Shown: positions 57,029 to 64,000 of the stretch, piece by piece | How positions within the stretch are numbered: position 1 is the stretch's first letter | How the letters are laid out: each line of letters begins with the position of its first letter | Origin: an uncultured Chloroflexia bacterium | Lineage (GTDB): Bacteria; Chloroflexota; Limnocylindria; Limnocylindrales; CSP1-4 | Reading direction: 5' to 3' | Assembly: GCA_963795645.1 (NCBI GenBank) | Contig: CAWCIK010000006.1 | Span: 1,097,523 to 1,161,522 of the forward strand | Length of the DNA: 64,000 nt | Notes under the pieces: generated by a model | Told to the model about the DNA's origin: nothing | What the model saw: only the letters and a program-made list of their open reading frames with translations | Database searches by the model: none | Position numbers and translations under genes: made by a program

Positions 57029-58516
57029 ATGGCTGAGTACGCACTTCCGCCCGGAGCCGTCCGCCGCCGCGCAGTCTTCGGGCTGCTCGACGCCGATGGT
57101 TGGACATGGGCGACGATCAAGGCCACGTTCTGGTTCGTGTTCATCATCTTCGTGCTCGGCTACGTGCCGGACCGCGCCTACTACTTCACCGTTCTGCCGA
57201 CGCTCGACCTGGGCTTCAACGCCATCTCGCCGGTCAACATGTGCTCGGCCGACAACAAGACGCTGCCGTGTCCCGCCCCGGCTGGCGCCGTCATCCCGTG
57301 GGAGTCCAGCCCCACAGAGCTCGACCTTCCCCAGGGCCGCACGGGGGCAGGTTCGTTCATTTCGGGCACGAACGTCTACCTGATCGGCGGCTCGACCGGA
57401 GGCGCAGCCACAGCCAGCGTCCTGGCCACGACCTCCGACAACGGCACGATCAATCCATGGCAGGACGGCCCTGCGCTCCCTGACCCCAGGTCGGGCGCTG
57501 TGACTCTCACGCTGGCGGGCACGCCCTATGTGATCGGAGGCAGCGACGCGTCCGGCAACCCGACCTCGACCGTGTTCGTGGGCACGGTGGACCAGGGCGC
57601 GCTGACCGGCTGGGCGGACGCAGGCATCACGCTGCCGATCCCCCTCACCGACGCCACCGGCGTCGCGACTGCGACCGGCGTCTATGTCTTCGGCGGCCAG
57701 ACCACGGGCGACACGCTCTCCGCCGCTACGTACAACGCCGTGATCCCCGAAGGACAGACCAAGCTCGGCGCGTTCACGGACATGACTGAGATCCCGCTGC
57801 CGGAGGCACGCGCCGGAGCGGCCGCGGTCTCGGCCGGCATCTCGGTCTTCGTCATGGGCGGCCAGGGCCCCGACGGCGTGTCCAACTCCGTCTTCTATCT
57901 GAAGCTCGACTCGCACGGCAATCCGGCGGTCAACACCGACTCGGGCAGGCCGTTCGGCTGGGGCGTGTCGGTCAACGAGTCCGCGTCGGCGGCGCTGCCA
58001 GAACCACGTCAGCATCAGACGAGCTTCGGCAACGGCGGCGCGCTCTACGTCATTGGCGGCCAGGACGCGAACGGGGTGGCCGTGAGCACCAACTACTGGA
58101 CCGTCCCGAACCCCTCCAACGGCCTGATCAGTGGCTGGCAGAGTCTCGACGTCACCGACCTGCCCGATCCACAAGCCGGATCCGCATCGGCCATCAGTGG
58201 CACGACCGTCTTCCTCATCGGTGGCACTGGCGCCGACGGCACGGATCTGACGTCCGTGCTGCGCGCGGATCTCGCCCCGCGACTGCCGTTCTTCCGGCTG
58301 GGCCTTTTCGGCGTGACCGTTCCCGCACTCTCGATCCAGGGCGAGATCGGCCAGCAGCTGGGCTACATCGTGGCCGGCAGTGCCGGCGCCGGCGGGCTCA
58401 TCTTCCTGATCCTGATCGGCTGGGCCTTCTCACACCGCCGCCAGACGTTCCACTTCTTCCAGTGGATGAGCCGCGGCCGCTTCCGGGCACCTCCAGACGA
58501 CGAGTACGGCGTCTAA
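57029..58516 (+). CDS. Kelch-repeat (six-bladed beta-propeller) protein with N- and C-terminal TM helices
   Basis: Six 'hyd-hyd-GG' blade signatures (VYLIGGS, PYVIGGS, VYVFGGQ, VFVMGGQ, LYVIGGQ, VFLIGGT). TM segments near both ends. The ATG directly follows the upstream TAG. Confidence 0.8.
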   Translation: MAEYALPPGAVRRRAVFGLLDADGWTWATIKATFWFVFIIFVLGYVPDRAYYFTVLPTLDLGFNAISPVNMCSADNKTLPCPAPAGAVIPWESSPTELDLPQGRTGAGSFISGTNVYLIGGSTGGAATASVLATTSDNGTINPWQDGPALPDPRSGAVTLTLAGTPYVIGGSDASGNPTSTVFVGTVDQGALTGWADAGITLPIPLTDATGVATATGVYVFGGQTTGDTLSAATYNAVIPEGQTKLGAFTDMTEIPLPEARAGAAAVSAGISVFVMGGQGPDGVSNSVFYLKLDSHGNPAVNTDSGRPFGWGVSVNESASAALPEPRQHQTSFGNGGALYVIGGQDANGVAVSTNYWTVPNPSNGLISGWQSLDVTDLPDPQAGSASAISGTTVFLIGGTGADGTDLTSVLRADLAPRLPFFRLGLFGVTVPALSIQGEIGQQLGYIVAGSAGAGGLIFLILIGWAFSHRRQTFHFFQWMSRGRFRAPPDDEYGV

Positions 58517-58678
58517 CCGCCGCTGATCGGCCCTTAGCGGACGCCGATGTCGCCCGCACCGACTAATGGCCTCTGGCCGCGCCTAAGCCTCGATCCATCG
58601 CGGGCGTCCACGCTGCAAATTGGTGCCGCGTGCGGGATCTCGGAGCCTTTGGGGGCCCTTAAGCCTCTATTGCCCGGG

Positions 58679-58710
58679 GAATGTCGGTCACACCGACATT
58701 CGTCCGTTTT
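58679..58710 (+). terminator. Rho-independent terminator-like hairpin
   Basis: A perfect 10-bp stem, GAATGTCGGT/ACCGACATTC, with a CAC loop, followed by CGTCCGTTTTGGGGG. Confidence 0.55.
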
Positions 58711-58725
58711 GGGGGCGGGCGCGGC

Positions 58726-58926
58726 TCAGTAGTAGTCCGAGCAGGACAGGAAGTAGCCGCAGGAGCAAACGAGCTTGCACTTGCGCTCGATCATCCGCGC
58801 GCCGCAGTTGGCGCAGGTGAGCATCACCAGCGCGCGGTCGTAGTCGGAGGCTGGATCCTGTGGCGCGGCGCCGGGTGGCGGCTCGTCGTCTACGACCGCG
58901 ATCCTCGGGACTTCCATCGGCTGCAC
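58726..58926 (-). CDS. Small Cys-rich (zinc-ribbon-like) protein
   Basis: 66 aa with 'CANCG...(8)...CKLVCSCGYFLSC' near the C-terminus. Lies 28 nt downstream of the DUF2203 gene. Confidence 0.5.
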   Translation of the reverse strand: MQPMEVPRIAVVDDEPPPGAAPQDPASDYDRALVMLTCANCGARMIERKCKLVCSCGYFLSCSDYY

Positions 58927-58954
58927 GCCCGGAAGGCTAGCGAGTCGGAAGTGG

Positions 58955-59353
58955 CTAGGTGAGGTCGGTCAGCGGCCTCCGGCTGTCGAAGCCGGTGGTG
59001 ACCTCGTGCCACCAGGCGATGTCGTCCTCGCCCAGGCGCCAGCACAGCCAGATTGGACGGCCGCTGGCGAGGGCAGGGAAGTCGATCAGGCCGGTCGGAA
59101 TGTCGCGCAACGTGACGCCCCATGCGTCGATCTTGCCGACCGTCTCCTGCATCCGGCGCACCACTTCGCGGACCTCGTCCTCCATTTCCGCGAGCTGCTC
59201 GGCGTGCTCGGCGCTGCCGTTCGTTTGACGGCCGCGCTCAAGGTCGCGCTGCAGCTCGGCGACCCGGTCCCGATCGGCGCTCAGCCGCTCGAGCATCGGC
59301 CGCAGCTCCTGGAGCCTGTCGTTGGCTTCGTGGATCCCGTAGTAGCGCGCCAC
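58955..59353 (-). CDS. DUF2203 domain protein
   Basis: Coiled N-terminal half. Then 'GV.LRD...GL.DFP......P..LCW..GE..I.WWH' as in the DUF2203 family. Confidence 0.7.
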   Translation of the reverse strand: MARYYGIHEANDRLQELRPMLERLSADRDRVAELQRDLERGRQTNGSAEHAEQLAEMEDEVREVVRRMQETVGKIDAWGVTLRDIPTGLIDFPALASGRPIWLCWRLGEDDIAWWHEVTTGFDSRRPLTDLT

Positions 59354-59367
59354 GTCGCGATTCTGCC

Positions 59368-61005
59368 TCAGGGCCGCGGCTCGTAGTTGGTGAAGATGTC
59401 CGACTCACCGATGCCGGTCTGGCCGATCGCGCTGTTGCGCGCGTCTGTCCATACCGGATAGATGGCGGCGCTCGATGCGGCGAGGCCGTTGTAGTCGCCG
59501 ATGAAGCCGCCACTGCTGAAGAACGAGTCGTTTGGATCCCAGCTCTGTGAGCTGATGCGCACGTTCGGCCAGCTCAGGCCGTCGTCGGCCGACATGGCCT
59601 GGAAGGTATCTATGTTGTGGTTGTGCGGATCGCGCCGGCAGTCGAACCAGATGATCCAGAAGTTGCCCGCCGGATCGGCGGCGATCCACGGGAAGAACTG
59701 GTCGTTGCGAGCGGGTGATACCCCGTTGTTGCCGGTTGAAACAGTGTGCGTGTCGGACCAGGTCAGGCCGCCGTCATGCGACAGGCTCACCGCAACGTCG
59801 GCGCCGGTGGTCGACTTGGTGACGTAGTTCGTATAGGCGTATGCGAGCGTTCCAGTCGTCGGGCTGTAGGCCAGCGAAATGGTGTTCGCGGCGCCGAACG
59901 GCTTGTTCTTCATCGCGTCGTTGACGTTCTTGTTGTCCTTCCACTGACCCTTCTTGTCCACGCGTACCGGATGAGCAAGGAAGCTTGCGCCGCCGTCTAC
60001 TGACTTCTGGAAGAGCAGCTTGCGATCACGGCTGTCGTTGCAGTCTTCCTCGATGTAAGGGATGTCAAGCGCGCCGTTCGCCTCGACTACGGGGACCGAG
60101 AACTGGTCTGCGGAAAGTCCTCGCCCTCCGCTGTTCGGGGCATCGGGGACCACGGCGGTGTGCTCGAAGACCGTCTGTGATGGATCGGCAGTCGGCACCT
60201 CGTCCGTGTAGGCAAGCTGGATCGTGCAGTAATCGCTGAACCCACTGGGCTTCATGTGGAACTTCGTCCACGTTACGTACAGACGGCCGTAGTACGGGCT
60301 CGCCGGGTTGTTGTCGACGCCGATGTAGTCCTTGTCCACGAAGATGGAATCATCGACCGTGTCCGTGTTCGGGTCGTAGTTGGAGGCGGCAATGGCGCCG
60401 TTGTAGCTGGGCGTCCACGTCTTGCCGTTGTCGACTGATTTGAAGACCAGTGTTGAGGAGTTGGGAAGCTGCTCGAAGAAGCACAGCTGGCCCACGTAGA
60501 ACGCGTCGTCGCGCTTGCTGTATGCCACGGCTGGATCCCCGCCCACGCACGCATCGCCGCTGAACGCATCGCCTGGGCTGATGCGTGACGAGTGCCACGT
60601 CTTGCCTCCGTCCGACGTGCGCATGATGACGACGCCGGAGCCCACGTAGTCATTTGCTGCGGCCACGGCGATGAGCGGGTGCTTCGTGCTGTAGGCAACC
60701 GATGTCTCGTTCTGGGGCATCGGCGGATACGAGTCGTCGTTCATCTGAACGTTGCCGTCGGCGTCGACCGGAGCGCCCGTGGTCGAAACATGAGACGGAG
60801 TCGGTCGGGCTGCGGAAGCCGCGATGAGGGACGCTCGAACGCCGCGCGAGATGCCGCCAGGATAGTTCTGGACGTGCTTGACCCAGCGTGGTGTCGTAGC
60901 CGCAGTCGGGTTGTTCGGGCCGGATGCGGATGCGAGGCCGGGCACGAACAGGGAGAGCGTCAACGCGATGCTCGCCGCGGACCAGACAAGACCCTTAACG
61001 CGCAT
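59368..61005 (-). CDS. Secreted BNR/Asp-box repeat protein (sialidase-fold glycosidase-like)
   Basis: Signal peptide after the ATG at 61005 (GGAGG RBS). Five Asp-box-like motifs (TSDGGKTW, SVDNGKTW, SVDGGASF, SHDGGLTW, SADDGLSW). Confidence 0.85.
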   Translation of the reverse strand: MRVKGLVWSAASIALTLSLFVPGLASASGPNNPTAATTPRWVKHVQNYPGGISRGVRASLIAASAARPTPSHVSTTGAPVDADGNVQMNDDSYPPMPQNETSVAYSTKHPLIAVAAANDYVGSGVVIMRTSDGGKTWHSSRISPGDAFSGDACVGGDPAVAYSKRDDAFYVGQLCFFEQLPNSSTLVFKSVDNGKTWTPSYNGAIAASNYDPNTDTVDDSIFVDKDYIGVDNNPASPYYGRLYVTWTKFHMKPSGFSDYCTIQLAYTDEVPTADPSQTVFEHTAVVPDAPNSGGRGLSADQFSVPVVEANGALDIPYIEEDCNDSRDRKLLFQKSVDGGASFLAHPVRVDKKGQWKDNKNVNDAMKNKPFGAANTISLAYSPTTGTLAYAYTNYVTKSTTGADVAVSLSHDGGLTWSDTHTVSTGNNGVSPARNDQFFPWIAADPAGNFWIIWFDCRRDPHNHNIDTFQAMSADDGLSWPNVRISSQSWDPNDSFFSSGGFIGDYNGLAASSAAIYPVWTDARNSAIGQTGIGESDIFTNYEPRP

Positions 61006-61179
61006 GGCGCTGCCTCCAATTGTGACCTGCCGAACTCGGCTCGCTGATTGTAGAAACCCGCGCCAACCGAACCGGGCCAGACCTTCGTCGTCGCTGGCCG
61101 ACGGCAGGCAGGAGATCATTCAAAGCTGGCAATTCGGGACCGACTACCAGCCCTAGCGGGCGGAACACCTGCTGGTACG

Positions 61180-62370
61180 ATGCCGGTCATGAAGCTTGCA
61201 CAGCGCATGGTCGGTATCGGTACCGAGACGGCTTTCGAGGCTGCCGCCCGAGCCCGCGCGCTCGAGGCGCAGGGGAAGCACATCGTCCACCTGGAGATCG
61301 GCGAGCCCGACTTCGACACGCCGGTCAACATTCGCGACGCGGCCAAGCGCGCCCTCGACGAGGGCTGGACGCACTACGGCCCGCCGCTCGGCCAGCCCAA
61401 GCTGCGCCAGGCCATCGCCGACGAGTCGAAGCGCTTCCGCGGCATCGACGTGGACCCGGCCAACGTTGTGGTCACGCCCGGCGCCAAGCCGATCATGTAC
61501 TACGCGATCCTGGCCCTGATCGAGGAGGGCGACGAGGTCATCTACCCGGACCCGGGCTTCCCGATCTACGAGTCGATGACCCGCTTCACCGGGGGCACGC
61601 CGGTGCCCTACGCGCTGCGCGAGGAGAACGACTTCCGCTTTGACGTCGATGAGCTCCGATCCCTTGTCACGCCACGGACCAAGCTGATCATCTTCAACTC
61701 GCCCCACAACCCAACGGGCGGCGTGCTCACGCGCGAAGACATCACCGCGATCGCGGACATCGCGCGCGAGCGCGACATCACGGTCATGGCCGACGAGATC
61801 TACGGCCGCGGCATCTTCGAGGGCGAGCACGTCTCGATCGCGACGATGCCCGGGATGATGGAGCGCACGATCGTGCTCGACGGCTTCAGCAAGGCATGGG
61901 CGATGACCGGCTGGCGCCTCGGCTTCGCGATCCTGCCGCCCGCGCTGGTGGACCCGTTCAGCAAGCTGATCATCAACAGCGTCTCGTGCACGAGCAGCTT
62001 CGAGCAGATGGCCGCGGTCGAGGCACTCACCGGGCCGCAGGACGCGGTCAGGGCTATGGTCGAGGAGTTCCGGGTGCGGAGACAGCTGATCGTCGATGGG
62101 CTGAATGCGATCCCCGGCTTCCGCTGCCGGATGCCGCACGGGGCCTTCTACGTCTTCCCGAACGTGTCCGGCACGGGCATGAACGGCAGCGAGATGGCCG
62201 ACAAGCTGCTCTACGACGGCGGCGTGTGCACCCTTTCTGGCACGGCCTTCGGCAAGGTGGGCGCCGACCACATCCGCATCAGCTACGCCAACTCGCAGGA
62301 CAACCTGAAGCTGGCGCTCGAGCGCATCGCCGACGTAGTCGCGAAGGTACCGACTGCCGCCACTGCGTAA
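61180..62370 (+). CDS. Class I/II pyridoxal-phosphate-dependent aminotransferase (aspartate aminotransferase-like)
   Basis: 'NSPHNPTG', 'DEIY', 'SFSKAWAMTGWR.G' (PLP lysine) and 'R.SYA' motifs. Confidence 0.9.
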   Translation: MPVMKLAQRMVGIGTETAFEAAARARALEAQGKHIVHLEIGEPDFDTPVNIRDAAKRALDEGWTHYGPPLGQPKLRQAIADESKRFRGIDVDPANVVVTPGAKPIMYYAILALIEEGDEVIYPDPGFPIYESMTRFTGGTPVPYALREENDFRFDVDELRSLVTPRTKLIIFNSPHNPTGGVLTREDITAIADIARERDITVMADEIYGRGIFEGEHVSIATMPGMMERTIVLDGFSKAWAMTGWRLGFAILPPALVDPFSKLIINSVSCTSSFEQMAAVEALTGPQDAVRAMVEEFRVRRQLIVDGLNAIPGFRCRMPHGAFYVFPNVSGTGMNGSEMADKLLYDGGVCTLSGTAFGKVGADHIRISYANSQDNLKLALERIADVVAKVPTAATA

Positions 62371-62397
62371 CTCAAACCGCGGGCGGGCCTGCGGAGA

Positions 62398-63222
62398 ATG
62401 ACGCTCGCGACACTCGCCATCGTTCTGACGGCGGCGTTCATCCACGCCCTGTGGAACCTGATCGTCGTCGCCTCGCGCGACCGAACCGCGACAACGACGG
62501 TCGTGATCATCTTCGGCGCGCTTCTCTTCGTGCCCCTTGCGGTCGTGCGCTGGAACGTTCAGGCAGAGGCGTGGCCGTACATCGCACTCTCGTCAGCGCT
62601 GGAGCTCGTCTATTTCGCGCTGCTCGTGTCTGCATATCACCGCGCGGATCTGAGCACGGTCTACCCCATCGCCCGCGGCTCGGCGCCGGTGCTCGTCCTG
62701 GCACTGGCCGTGGCCTTTACCGGCGCGCCAACGTCCGCTGCGCAGATCGCAGGCGTCGCCCTTGTCGGTGCCGGAGTCTTCGTCGTGCGCGGCATCCGCG
62801 GCGGCACGCACTGGCGCCACGTGGCATTGGCGCTGGGCGTCGCGCTGGCGATAGCGGCTTACGTCGTGGTCGACAGCCAGGGCGTCAAATATGCCGACCC
62901 GATCACCTACGGCGTGCTCATCCTGGGCATCCCCGGCATCGTCGCGAGTGCCTTCGTCATCGTCCGTGGCGGCGCCGGCCGCCTCGCCGCGGCCTTCAAC
63001 TGGCGCAGCGCGCTGGGCGGCTTCTTCTCGATGGGCGCCTATGCCCTCGTCCTGATCGCCCTGACGACCACGCCGGCCGCGGCCGTCGACGCGGTTCGAG
63101 AGTCGAGCGTCGTCTTCGCCGCCTTCCTTGGCGCAGTCGTACTCAAGGAAAAGTCGGGGCCTGAGCGGGTGGTCGGCTCCATAATCGTGCTCCTTGGTGT
63201 CGTCCTCGTAGTCTTGGGCTGA
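62398..63222 (+). CDS. EamA/DMT-like membrane transporter
   Basis: ~9-10 TM helices and 'YPIARGSAPV' and 'RESSVVFAA..G' patterns. Confidence 0.7.
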   Translation: MTLATLAIVLTAAFIHALWNLIVVASRDRTATTTVVIIFGALLFVPLAVVRWNVQAEAWPYIALSSALELVYFALLVSAYHRADLSTVYPIARGSAPVLVLALAVAFTGAPTSAAQIAGVALVGAGVFVVRGIRGGTHWRHVALALGVALAIAAYVVVDSQGVKYADPITYGVLILGIPGIVASAFVIVRGGAGRLAAAFNWRSALGGFFSMGAYALVLIALTTTPAAAVDAVRESSVVFAAFLGAVVLKEKSGPERVVGSIIVLLGVVLVVLG

Positions 63223-63235
63223 TGGAGGGCAACGC

Positions 63236-64000
63236 GTGAAGTTCGGCGGCGTGTTCTGGATGCAGGGTGCGCAGTGGCCTGCCCTGCGCGAGGCATGGCT
63301 AGCGGCCGGCAGGGCGGGTTTCGACTCCCTCTGGACCGAGGACCACCTGCTGGCCGACGCCGGTGACTGGCGCCAGCCAAAGTTCGAAGGCTGGGCCGCG
63401 TTGGCTGCGCTCGCGCCACTGACGGAGACGTCGCGCGTGGGCGTGCTGGTCACGGCCGTGGCGTTCCGCAATCCGGGACATGTTGCCAAGCTCGCCACGA
63501 CGCTCGACCACATCACGGACGGCCGGCTGGTGCTGGGCATGGGCGGCGGCCACTTCCAGCGCGAGCACGAGGCGTTCGGCTTCGACTTCGGCGTGACGCC
63601 TGGGGCGCGCCTGGATCGGCTGGATGAATCGCTCGGGTTGATCCGGCGGCTGCTCGACGGCGAACTCGTCACACACCATGGCCGCTACTACGACTTCGTG
63701 GATGCGCTTTGCGAGCCGCGCCCAATCCAGGCGCACGTGCCTTTCATGATCGGTGGCTCCGGGCCAAAGAAGACGATGGGTATCGTGGCGCGCCACGCCG
63801 ACGAGTGGAACAAGTCGGGTGGCTCACCGGAGGTCGTAGCCGAGTCGCTCGCCAACCTGCGCACGCGTTGCGACGAGCTCGGCCGCGACTACGCCTCGAT
63901 CAAGAAGACGGCGATGGTCTGGCTCCATCTGCGCGACAGTCGGGAAGAGGCGATGGCAGCGCATAACGCGATCCGCGTCGCGGCGGGTATGCCGCTTGCA
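63236..64000 (+). CDS. LLM-class (probably F420-dependent) oxidoreductase, 3'-truncated by the window edge
   Basis: The GTG at 63236 follows GGAGGG. 'FDSLWTEDHL', 'FRNPGHVAKLATTLDHI..GRL.LGMG.G' and 'GGSGPKKT..IVARHADEWN' motifs. The open frame runs to the window end. Confidence 0.8.
   Translation, partial: MKFGGVFWMQGAQWPALREAWLAAGRAGFDSLWTEDHLLADAGDWRQPKFEGWAALAALAPLTETSRVGVLVTAVAFRNPGHVAKLATTLDHITDGRLVLGMGGGHFQREHEAFGFDFGVTPGARLDRLDESLGLIRRLLDGELVTHHGRYYDFVDALCEPRPIQAHVPFMIGGSGPKKTMGIVARHADEWNKSGGSPEVVAESLANLRTRCDELGRDYASIKKTAMVWLHLRDSREEAMAAHNAIRVAAGMPLA

Noticed and set aside
57008-58174. 388-aa minus-strand ORF
   Set aside because: It runs antisense to the Kelch-repeat gene. The six-fold repeat periodicity is visible only in the plus frame.
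58582-58670. Two similar 13-mers (shared TAAGCCTC core) as a regulatory repeat
   Set aside because: A single shared 8-mer within ~200 nt is close to chance expectation. I kept it only as a minor remark in the sRNA/3'-UTR finding.
58547-58732. 61-aa plus-strand ORF in the spacer after the Kelch gene
   Set aside because: It has no RBS and reads through the terminator hairpin, and its composition is implausible. I treated the region as non-coding.
61153-62445. 430-aa minus-strand ORF
   Set aside because: It runs antisense to the aminotransferase gene (PLP-lysine motif SFSKAW in the plus frame).
61896-63164. 422-aa plus-strand ORF spanning the aminotransferase/EamA junction
   Set aside because: It is an out-of-frame, Arg/Gly/Pro-rich shadow ORF that overlaps two well-supported genes.

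Overview
High-GC (roughly 65-70%) bacterial chromosomal window. It is densely coded, with many GTG/TTG starts and many 1-4 nt stop/start overlaps (ATGA/GTGA), so most genes sit in translationally coupled operons. I found no rRNA, tRNA, CRISPR array, transposase or integrase. F420/LLM-type oxidoreductases, an auracyanin-like cupredoxin and a b6-type split cytochrome b suggest a Chloroflexota- or Actinomycetota-like aerobe, but the taxon cannot be fixed from this window.

Main blocks:
1. ~0.2-18 kb: a purine-catabolism supercluster. It holds a MocA-like Moco cytidylyltransferase, uricase, HIU hydrolase, OHCU decarboxylase, a hydantoinase-type amidohydrolase, three-subunit xanthine dehydrogenase, guanine deaminase and malate synthase, interleaved with poorly characterised genes.
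2. 18-33 kb: housekeeping and accessory genes. These include a NarL-type two-component system, DMT transporter, S8 protease, Na+/H+ antiporter, GlcD-like oxidase and PntAA/AB/B transhydrogenase.
3. 33-43.5 kb: an accessory-looking stretch. It holds a large exported/polytopic membrane protein plus SRPBCC, a WYL regulator divergent from a DUF62 SAM hydrolase, an HTH-3xGAF-GGDEF protein, and a GIDE-like/mini-protein/M23 peptidase operon with a hexamer array upstream.
4. 43.5-48.1 kb: a TPP riboswitch controlling thiamine pyrophosphokinase and an ABC importer.
5. 51.8-58.5 kb: the most interesting locus. This Rieske/cytochrome b6-type operon opens with a GltD/NfnB-like flavo-FeS protein. It also encodes a cytochrome c-cupredoxin fusion and a membrane-anchored Kelch propeller.

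All product calls rest on motif and sequence recognition by eye. No searches were run.
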